From Sulfurimonadaceae bacterium (GTDB lineage: Bacteria > Campylobacterota > Campylobacteria > Campylobacterales > Sulfurimonadaceae): a stretch of DNA of 39,187 bases. Under the pieces are notes generated by a model. The model had not been told where the DNA came from, did not search any database, and saw only the letters and a list, made by a program, of their open reading frames with translations. Position numbers and translations under genes: made by a program. Shown here in pieces: positions 31,676-39,187 of this stretch. The stretch spans positions 1 to 39,187 of the forward strand of contig JBFFUI010000018.1 in NCBI GenBank assembly GCA_041571435.1, written 5' to 3'. Position 1 is the first letter of the stretch. Every line of letters begins with the position of its first letter.

Positions 31676-32788
31676 TTAACGCTTTACAATTGTACGGACA
31701 AGATCAACATACTTTTTACAATTCATGCTGTGATTATACTCTGTTTCAATTTTTAGAGAATTAGTCTCTGCCATTTTCTCACGTAACGCTTTGTCCAAAT
31801 AGAGCTTTTCAAATGCATCAGACCACGCATCTTCACTCTCTGCCAAAAAGCCGTTTTCTCCTTCTTTTACCAAAGAGGTATTGATACCGACCGGCGAAGC
31901 AACAACAGGCTTGGAACATGACATATACTGCACCAGTTTAAAACCGCATTTGCCGTTGGACCAAGGGTCGTTTTTTAGAGGCATGATCCCCACATCGAAC
32001 TTCAGTATCTCTTCGATCTCTGTCTCTTCCGACCAGGGAATAACATTAATATTACAGCGTTCTTTCATCCTCTCGGACAAAACACTTTCATCAAAACCAA
32101 CCAAGTTAAAAACAACATCATATTTGGAAGTGAATTTTTCCATAGCTGGCAAGATATCAATGATATAGATACTGGTACTTTTCGAACCGATCCAACCGAT
32201 GATAAAGGGTTTTGGATCTGTCTTTATCGCATATTCCTGCATTGCTTTTTTGTATCTTTCTAACAACACAACTGTCGGCAACCTATACGTGTTTGAATTA
32301 TGTTGTTTAGCATAATGTTTAAGATAAGCATTGCAGACGATCACGGCTTCAGCATTGCTCATCACCTGCCCTATTTTCCCCTTTAACAATTGTCGAACCA
32401 AAACGTTTGTATGAAGATCATATCTATGAAAAATGGCATCATCATAATCAACCATATATTTAATGTGTCGCTTTGTCAGCAAATATTCAAACACTGCCGG
32501 GAAGAACGGCAACAACTCATACTCTATCAGGACCAAGTCGTACTTTTTTGGGAACAATAACAAACCAAGTAACAATACGATTCTGCGTAGATAAGATGCA
32601 AAAACAATGAAGGGCTTGATTGTTTTACTTGTCCAAACAAAATAAGCCTTGGAAAAAAGTGGCTTGATCTGCATTTTTATCTTCTCTTTGCCAAAGCACT
32701 TAACATAGTTATAAAATCGGTAACGGCTGCTTGGTCCTTCGTAGGAGTATTTCGTAAATGCGATGATCTTCACGAGAAGTTCCCCCAC
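31676..32788 (-). CDS. GT4 glycosyltransferase
   Basis: SSRYR, DYDDAIF, GWIGS, DVGIMPL...GKCGFKLVQYM. Confidence 0.88.
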   Translation of the reverse strand: MGELLVKIIAFTKYSYEGPSSRYRFYNYVKCFGKEKIKMQIKPLFSKAYFVWTSKTIKPFIVFASYLRRIVLLLGLLLFPKKYDLVLIEYELLPFFPAVFEYLLTKRHIKYMVDYDDAIFHRYDLHTNVLVRQLLKGKIGQVMSNAEAVIVCNAYLKHYAKQHNSNTYRLPTVVLLERYKKAMQEYAIKTDPKPFIIGWIGSKSTSIYIIDILPAMEKFTSKYDVVFNLVGFDESVLSERMKERCNINVIPWSEETEIEEILKFDVGIMPLKNDPWSNGKCGFKLVQYMSCSKPVVASPVGINTSLVKEGENGFLAESEDAWSDAFEKLYLDKALREKMAETNSLKIETEYNHSMNCKKYVDLVRTIVKR

Positions 32789-33921
32789 CCAAAGATGCTA
32801 TGAATATTTTTTCTAAAAGCGTCTTCAGAAAACTTCCGTGCAACATGACGTGCGCCGTTCCTTCCCATCTCTTTGGCAATCTCTTTATCTTTGAGCAACA
32901 CCTCAATGGCATCTCTCATCGCACCAACATCGCCAGTATTTACAAGTAAACCTGTTCTTTGATCTTCTACAATCTCCTGTGGACCACCAGAACGGGTTGC
33001 TATAACAGGCAGGCCATGATGACTTGCTTCGAGACAACTCAATGAAAAGGATTCGGATTCTGAAAAATTGAGAGCCGCAAACGCCCCGCCTAAAACAGAC
33101 TCAATATCATTAACATAATCATGAAATAGTATACGATCACAATAGGGAGAACTTGCCGCTTGCATTTCAAGCCGCTTACGAAAAGCAAGATTCTTCTCCA
33201 ATCCCATGTCTCCACCATAAAAGTGAAGTTGCACATCTGAATACTTCATTGCTACCTGTAGAAATGCAGCAATCGCATATTGTTGTCCTTTACCTTCGAT
33301 ATAATTCCCGATATAGACCAATCGGCGAACAGAATGCCTTGCCCTCTCACTATATGCTGTTTCGTCTGTTCCTCTAATATAGACCGGATCATAGACCAAC
33401 CGTGTCTTTGGAGATTGCGGCAAAAGTTCTTGTATGAAACGTGACACAGCAACAACATGGTTCGAGTAACGGTATCCTAGACCAAGCCAAAGCCTTGAAA
33501 AGAGCGATCCAAAACGTCTCGGATCAATACGGACCCAAGTAACTAGACGGCCTTTGAAACCGAACATACATACTACAACACCGTGCATCAAATAAAAGTC
33601 ATTGATTTGAAGGTTATCGCATCCGTCATATTTCATCATCTTCTTTAAGCGCCAACTCGCAATGACTAATGCTGGAAAATAAGTGATAAGACTAAGCAGA
33701 GACTTTCGAATATTAACAATAGGAAGTCGTACAACCTTCTTAAAGTCAACAAGGTGTTCGTCTGAAATTTTTGTTGTCTCCGGAAGAACCATTACAACGT
33801 CAACTTCATTACGCAATATTTTTGCTTCATTGCGAGCACATATAAAAGCACCTGTAATATCAATGGACCCGTCCATAATATATATTACAGGATTATGAAG
33901 TTTTTCTACAGACCTTTCCAT
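32770..33921 (-). CDS. GT4 glycosyltransferase
   Basis: KGQ, SESESFSLSCLEA, PVIATRSGGPQEIV. Confidence 0.85.
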   Translation of the reverse strand: MERSVEKLHNPVIYIMDGSIDITGAFICARNEAKILRNEVDVVMVLPETTKISDEHLVDFKKVVRLPIVNIRKSLLSLITYFPALVIASWRLKKMMKYDGCDNLQINDFYLMHGVVVCMFGFKGRLVTWVRIDPRRFGSLFSRLWLGLGYRYSNHVVAVSRFIQELLPQSPKTRLVYDPVYIRGTDETAYSERARHSVRRLVYIGNYIEGKGQQYAIAAFLQVAMKYSDVQLHFYGGDMGLEKNLAFRKRLEMQAASSPYCDRILFHDYVNDIESVLGGAFAALNFSESESFSLSCLEASHHGLPVIATRSGGPQEIVEDQRTGLLVNTGDVGAMRDAIEVLLKDKEIAKEMGRNGARHVARKFSEDAFRKNIHSIFGWGNFS

Positions 33922-33969
33922 TCCTCAAGCCTTATCGATTTCTATAATAGCAACTGTTATTCTAACCAT

Positions 33970-35217
33970 CTAATTGAGTTCTTCCAGTAATTTAAACCAC
34001 TTCTGACCGACTATATGAGAATCAAATGCATGTAAACGATCTCTGGCACTATCAATCAAATTATTATCTACATTGGAATCCTGTAATATTGATATCAATA
34101 CATCAATCCACTCTTTATGATAATGTACCATATCGATTCGTGGCATTAAAAGACCATAGTCCGCTTGAGTCACCTTTTCTGTGGGGTAAGGCGTATTATT
34201 ATCCGTTGATCTTTCATATAAAATAGACCTCGGACCCCAAGGACAATTAGTCGCAACTACTGGTACACCTGCCGCCAAGGCTTCTAAGACTGTATTTGAG
34301 AAACCTTCAGTCAAAGAGCTAAGTACAAAAGTCTTAGCTACACGAAAATAACGCAATGGGTTCTTACGATACCCTAAAAATATAACAGCAGCTTTCTCTA
34401 CACCACTTGAACCATCACTCACCGATAAATGTAACGTTCTAGCAAGTTCTATCAATGTCTGATACATTGGCCCATCACCTATTAAAATCAACTTTGCGTT
34501 AGGAACAGATTTATATACATTCGAAAACACTGTTATAAGGTCATGAAACCCTTTTTCCGGTGACAATCGACCTGCAGTAATTATGACAGGCTGACCTCTC
34601 AGCTTTTCTAATTCTTCTTCTATAGGATCGTTAGTCTCAGAAATCATCTCTTCAGCATTTACAAATAATTCTATTGTCTGAATCTTCAGCTTTGTATTAA
34701 GACAAACATGTTTACCAAGTTCGTTTGAGAGTCCTTCCGAAATAGACACAATTCGATTTGCCAACATAAATGTTAATGGATCTACAATGTATTCATACAA
34801 AAATCGCTTTATACCGGTAAAGGCTGGATCAAAATGACGTGATCCTCGCATTGAAACTACAGTTTTACTCTTCCCAAAAACTGCAACATTAAGTATGTTC
34901 GCACCTGTTAAAAAACTGATTGTAATATCACTTTCTTGTTTAAGAGCACGAAGTTTTCTCCAACGACTCATCCATCGACGAAGTCGTCCACTGTGCTCTT
35001 CGTCGTCCATAACTACTATTGGCAAGGCAAGAACTTCATCATCGGACACACTGTAATTACCTTTTGCATAATGTCGTTTAAATACAGCAATCCGAACATC
35101 ATGACGTTCTGCAAGAAGATCACTAAGACGCAAAAATGATTTTTCTGCTCCTCCATACCCTAATTCAGGAATCAGCATAAGAATTTTGTATCGTTTCTTC
35201 ACTCCTAAATTATTCAT
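33970..35217 (-). CDS. GT4 glycosyltransferase
   Basis: GGAEKS, GRLSPEKGF, SSLTEGFSNTVLEA. Confidence 0.88.
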   Translation of the reverse strand: MNNLGVKKRYKILMLIPELGYGGAEKSFLRLSDLLAERHDVRIAVFKRHYAKGNYSVSDDEVLALPIVVMDDEEHSGRLRRWMSRWRKLRALKQESDITISFLTGANILNVAVFGKSKTVVSMRGSRHFDPAFTGIKRFLYEYIVDPLTFMLANRIVSISEGLSNELGKHVCLNTKLKIQTIELFVNAEEMISETNDPIEEELEKLRGQPVIITAGRLSPEKGFHDLITVFSNVYKSVPNAKLILIGDGPMYQTLIELARTLHLSVSDGSSGVEKAAVIFLGYRKNPLRYFRVAKTFVLSSLTEGFSNTVLEALAAGVPVVATNCPWGPRSILYERSTDNNTPYPTEKVTQADYGLLMPRIDMVHYHKEWIDVLISILQDSNVDNNLIDSARDRLHAFDSHIVGQKWFKLLEELN

Positions 35218-36319
35218 TATTTACCAATGTCAATTTAACAGCCTCTTGTATTAATGTTTTATTTCTAGCGACATCTATCACAATTGCTGCTCTTTCACAT
35301 CTCAACATCTCTTCAATTTTTTCTATCAGGTTTTCAAGTATAAGTCTTTTAGAATCAATAAGGACTGTCGAATTAGGTAACATTTCATGAATAGTACGTA
35401 ATTTTGGTTCTATGTCTATTAAGACTGTAGGTACACCAAGCACTGCCCCACACATCGCACCATGTGCTCGACTGCTGACCAGAACATCCTGCTGGGCAAG
35501 AACCTTGCAATATTTATCAAATCCTATTTCAAGAGGATCCCAAATATATGTCTTATATTTTTGGGCAATTTCTAGAAGCTGTTTATCAACTCGTTTATCA
35601 AACACGAATATCGACATTTCATACCGTTCATTCAGTGAAGGAAACATTTTGGCTAATAGTTCAAGATAATTAGTCGATGAGCCAATCATCCAATCGCGTA
35701 GTACTATCCCTAAACGCTGTTTATTATGTAGCTTTTTATCCTTATTAATTGAACTCGGTACCCAAAGGTTTTCTAAAAAGGCTAGGTCTGATCCAAGTAT
35801 AGCATTATCAATGTTCAAGCTTTGAAGGTTCTCAATACTAAGCGAATCTCGGACTATTAATGCATCAAAATCTAAAAGTATAGGTAGATTTTGCCTTAAT
35901 TTTACCGAACTGCTTGTATATGCTCCTACACCTATTCCCCACCCCAACCTTTTATCTGCCGATAAACGTTGCTTATTAAAAAGTTTTCGAACAAATCGAT
36001 CCAGGGTTACGTACTTTTTGAAACCTATAGTTTTTATTAGCTGATTAATAATGTGATTTAGGATCCCATAGTTTCCAAAATCAAAGAAGGTCCCCCCTCC
36101 CCCATGAATAATTACATCATAATGCCCTTTATCGCCTGGCACTATAATCGACACTTCTTCATTAATGAGCTTTGACACATAATCATCTATATACTGATCA
36201 CACAAGATCGATACGTCTGCTTCTGGTCGCCACTTTCTGACGAGTCCATAGGTGACTTTCAGTAGGACATCATCACCGAAGTTAGCTTTTCCATAATAGC
36301 CGGTCAAGAGAATACGCAT
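35210..36319 (-). CDS. Polysaccharide pyruvyltransferase family protein
   Basis: GYYGKANFGDD, GGGG, GIGVG, VRD..S, DLAF, SRAHG. Confidence 0.85.
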   Translation of the reverse strand: MRILLTGYYGKANFGDDVLLKVTYGLVRKWRPEADVSILCDQYIDDYVSKLINEEVSIIVPGDKGHYDVIIHGGGGTFFDFGNYGILNHIINQLIKTIGFKKYVTLDRFVRKLFNKQRLSADKRLGWGIGVGAYTSSSVKLRQNLPILLDFDALIVRDSLSIENLQSLNIDNAILGSDLAFLENLWVPSSINKDKKLHNKQRLGIVLRDWMIGSSTNYLELLAKMFPSLNERYEMSIFVFDKRVDKQLLEIAQKYKTYIWDPLEIGFDKYCKVLAQQDVLVSSRAHGAMCGAVLGVPTVLIDIEPKLRTIHEMLPNSTVLIDSKRLILENLIEKIEEMLRCERAAIVIDVARNKTLIQEAVKLTLVNNE

Positions 36320-36321
36320 CG

Positions 36322-37557
36322 TTAAAATTCTTTCTTAAACTTGCACTGTTTTCTCATTACATCCATTAATTTATCAATGCAAGACTTGGCCGTATATTCG
36401 TTCAGTGCAGATAAAGGAGACAATGTATATAGGGGCAATTTATGTTTATGTTTATGAATGAGACTAACCAATAGTCCAGCAAGGCTTTCACTATCACCCG
36501 GTTTCACAGACCAACCATAACCTTTATTACAAAACTTCCATGACTCGCTATTTTGAGGTGTAATCGAAAGAATAGGTTTTCCTAAAGCCACATAATCAAG
36601 CATCTTTGAAGGTAAAAATGTTTTCAATAAGGGTTCTTTTCCATCGGGTTCTATTGAGACCATAATGTCTGCCTTTGCCTGAATTTCAAGAACATCTTTA
36701 TAATTATGTCGTCCTAAAATCTGTACTTGAGGAAAGTTATATGCTTCTATTTCTTCTCTAATATCTTCAGACATATTGCCAACAAACTTAATATCCAACA
36801 GACGTAACATTTCAGGCTCTGACTTCTTTATAAACTCAAATGCCTTAAGAATTGTTGTTGCCCTTCGTTTTCCATAGAGTGCCCCAGTATAGACTAACAT
36901 CAATTTATCATTATCTTTGTTTACATCTCTGGATGTATTTATCGGTCTTAAAGGCATAATATTTGATGATACAAAAATTTTATTTGCTGCTTTAGGGTAT
37001 TTATTTCGATAAAACGATGCTACGCTTTCTGTTGTCACGGTAATAGCATCTGCTTCATTAAAACAAGACAACTCCAACTGCATCATCAATTTTTCATTTC
37101 GAAATGCTGTTCGATATGGACTGTCTACCCATGGATCACTGAGATGCATAATCCATGGAACACCTAATTGATGTTTGAGATCTTTAGCCAACAATGCGGC
37201 ACTGAATGGCAATGATCGTGAGTATATGATTTCTGGCTGAAAAGTTAATTTTCTGATAATACTGGATGCTTTGAAGCGAATCCAAAAATCTTTATCTGGA
37301 AGTACAAAAGGTTTTAAATATTGAGAGCTCAATACACGAATTACCGCGTTGTGAAAAGGCATTTGAAGTGTGATAATGTCAGTATTTAATAATTCAACAT
37401 CCAGACTGTCATCTTTGGCAATCCAACCACGTTCCACTGCAGTTGTAACAAGTGTTATATGATTATGTTTATCCAATTCTTCTAAGTACCGTCCTACTTG
37501 TATAGACTCAGGAGAGTTTTTTGGAGGGGCTTGAGGTGAAATCATCAATATATTCAT
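36322..37557 (-). CDS. Glycosyltransferase (GT4-like)
   Basis: SDPW, YTGALYGKR, LPSKMLDY...KPIL. Confidence 0.8.
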   Translation of the reverse strand: MNILMISPQAPPKNSPESIQVGRYLEELDKHNHITLVTTAVERGWIAKDDSLDVELLNTDIITLQMPFHNAVIRVLSSQYLKPFVLPDKDFWIRFKASSIIRKLTFQPEIIYSRSLPFSAALLAKDLKHQLGVPWIMHLSDPWVDSPYRTAFRNEKLMMQLELSCFNEADAITVTTESVASFYRNKYPKAANKIFVSSNIMPLRPINTSRDVNKDNDKLMLVYTGALYGKRRATTILKAFEFIKKSEPEMLRLLDIKFVGNMSEDIREEIEAYNFPQVQILGRHNYKDVLEIQAKADIMVSIEPDGKEPLLKTFLPSKMLDYVALGKPILSITPQNSESWKFCNKGYGWSVKPGDSESLAGLLVSLIHKHKHKLPLYTLSPLSALNEYTAKSCIDKLMDVMRKQCKFKKEF

Positions 37558-38864
37558 TCTATAACCTTTTGCACCTTTAAAGCCAACTCTGACGTTTGTT
37601 TAGCAACATATAGACAATAACCAATAACAATCAATCCTTGTAACGTCATCGCAATTGCAAGTATCTTTATCGTTTCAAGAAATGGCATTGTCCATGATGC
37701 AAAAACAAATAGGAGTATGATCGGAATAATTAAAATCAAATTGACAATAAATTGTAGCTTTATTGTCTTTGTAACCCTAAACAGAGATGTTATTGGCATC
37801 AGTACAAATTGTATAAATAAAGGAACTGCTAAAAGTGACGCAACTTGTCCACTTTGGATCCACTCACTTCCAAAAATAAATCCAAACAACTCCGAGCCAA
37901 AGAGAAAAATAGACATATAGGGAATAATACCCAATGTCATGTAGCCTATAAGAATTTTAACTGTCTTTTTAAATAAGATGTTGGGCGTCTGATCAGCGAT
38001 TGAAATCAACTTATGATATATAATAGATGCTGTTGCCAATGCAATAAGTTGAATAGGCAGACTTGCCATTGACATTGCTAATGAAAACAGTCCCGTTTCA
38101 ATCACAGAATAATTTATAGATATGATAACTGTTTGCATTGTAATAAACCCTAGTGAAACAAGGTTTACAAGATTGAGAAACAGAGAATATTCACTATACC
38201 TTCGAATAATCCCTAAAGTCCTTAGTAAAAATCGTTTTGAAATAACACTTCTCAATTCCTTTAATTCTTGAACTCTGCCTTGAAGCATTAGGTAGGTTTG
38301 AAACAAGTATCCAAGCATCTCAAAGAGTACAATAAAGATCGGATTTGAAACAATAAGTATGCTTGCTATAATAGCAAATGGTTTTGCAATCACAGGATGA
38401 GCAAAACGTGCTGCTGACATGGAAGAAAATGCACCATCCGCGTTTGCCAAGCCTTGGGCTATACGCTGTAAAATAATCGAAAGCACTAAAAAAGGTATTA
38501 GGAATAAGATCCATTGAAGATCACCTACCCCATACAACATGCTATTTATAAATAAAAATATCGTAATCCCTATAGTAGACAAGACAAAGGCTAAAACTGC
38601 CAAACTTAGAAGTGCTCGTAATAGCTGCTTTCGTCTATGCCTTTTTCGTTCCATTGGAATAGCATTTGGAAGAGAAAATAGTAAAACTGTTGCAACAAAA
38701 ATAGCGACATTGTTAATTAATGCAAATACTCCATAATCAGATGGTTCGTAGCACCGTGTCATTATAGGTGTTAAACCTAACGATATAACAAAACTAAAAA
38801 GACTTGCTAATGTCGCTAGACTTAGGTCTTTTCGGAGTTTAGACATATTTTCTATAAATATCAA
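37554..38864 (-). CDS. wzx: Oligosaccharide flippase
   Basis: TPIMTRCYEPSDYGVF, many TMs, IFGSEW..SG. Confidence 0.82.
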   Translation of the reverse strand: MIFIENMSKLRKDLSLATLASLFSFVISLGLTPIMTRCYEPSDYGVFALINNVAIFVATVLLFSLPNAIPMERKRHRRKQLLRALLSLAVLAFVLSTIGITIFLFINSMLYGVGDLQWILFLIPFLVLSIILQRIAQGLANADGAFSSMSAARFAHPVIAKPFAIIASILIVSNPIFIVLFEMLGYLFQTYLMLQGRVQELKELRSVISKRFLLRTLGIIRRYSEYSLFLNLVNLVSLGFITMQTVIISINYSVIETGLFSLAMSMASLPIQLIALATASIIYHKLISIADQTPNILFKKTVKILIGYMTLGIIPYMSIFLFGSELFGFIFGSEWIQSGQVASLLAVPLFIQFVLMPITSLFRVTKTIKLQFIVNLILIIPIILLFVFASWTMPFLETIKILAIAMTLQGLIVIGYCLYVAKQTSELALKVQKVIE

Positions 38865-38964
38865 TTGTCCTAATCCGTATTAATTTAGTTCTATTCTGAA
38901 TGTATGCAAGACTATTCTTTATCACTTGTATAGTTAAAATGAAGGACCATTACAACAAATCTAT

Positions 38965-39186
38965 TCATTCAGTATCCATAATTAACTCAGACTTCTCATC
39001 CGAAAGTCCAAAGTGGTAATCAACACCAATTGTACCAATCAACGAGTTGTCCGGGTGTTCGCGGTTGACAAGAACATACTTCCAGCGGCCTTCGACGTAA
39101 CCGCTCCAAGCGTCACCAAACATGTAGCGAAAACCGAAACCCATTAGTGAGATGGGGCTGTCGATCTGCTTGCCATACTTGCTTTG
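38965..39186 (-). CDS. C-terminal part of a probable outer-membrane beta-barrel protein (runs off the right edge)
   Basis: Manual translation ...GFGFRYMFGDAWSGYVEGRWKY...IGTIGVDYHFG...* shows alternating amphipathic strands. Confidence 0.6.
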   Translation of the reverse strand, partial: QSKYGKQIDSPISLMGFGFRYMFGDAWSGYVEGRWKYVLVNREHPDNSLIGTIGVDYHFGLSDEKSELIMDTE

Positions 39187-39187
39187 C

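Noticed and set aside
36092..36103. C-rich run in the pyruvyltransferase as a phase-variable poly-G tract
   Set aside because: The run is interrupted (C6-T-C5) and encodes the conserved GGGG motif.

Overview
Bacterial chromosome segment, most likely Campylobacterota (Sulfurimonas/Sulfurovum-like; inferred from the rplU-rpmA-obgE-proB-fmt-birA-parA-parB-atpF'-atpF-atpH-atpA-atpG-atpD order, the short ProB and the TATAAT promoters). Bases 1-10.7 kb are that housekeeping block on the minus strand, preceded by a ~230-nt structured rplU leader with mutually exclusive helices. Bases 11-22.5 kb are mixed: a heme-c-motif HD-GYP sensor, RidA, an exported thioredoxin-fold protein, an M20D amidohydrolase coupled to an RsbW-like ATPase-GNAT fusion, dapE, two small hypotheticals, a MutS-HNH fusion (MutS7 type), a stand-alone PAS protein and a signal-peptide glutathione peroxidase. 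The gpx/wzc gap holds a (TAAGTGC)9 tandem repeat and a 109-nt rod-like palindrome resembling an ERIC/MITE. Bases 22.8-39.2 kb are a Wzx/Wzy-type polysaccharide locus (wzc, wza, five glycosyltransferases, putative wzy, asnB, pyruvyltransferase, wzx), interrupted by an oppositely oriented, apparently leaderless nucleotidyltransferase. I found no CRISPR, tRNA, rRNA, integrase or transposase by eye. All calls come from reading motifs; no searches were run.
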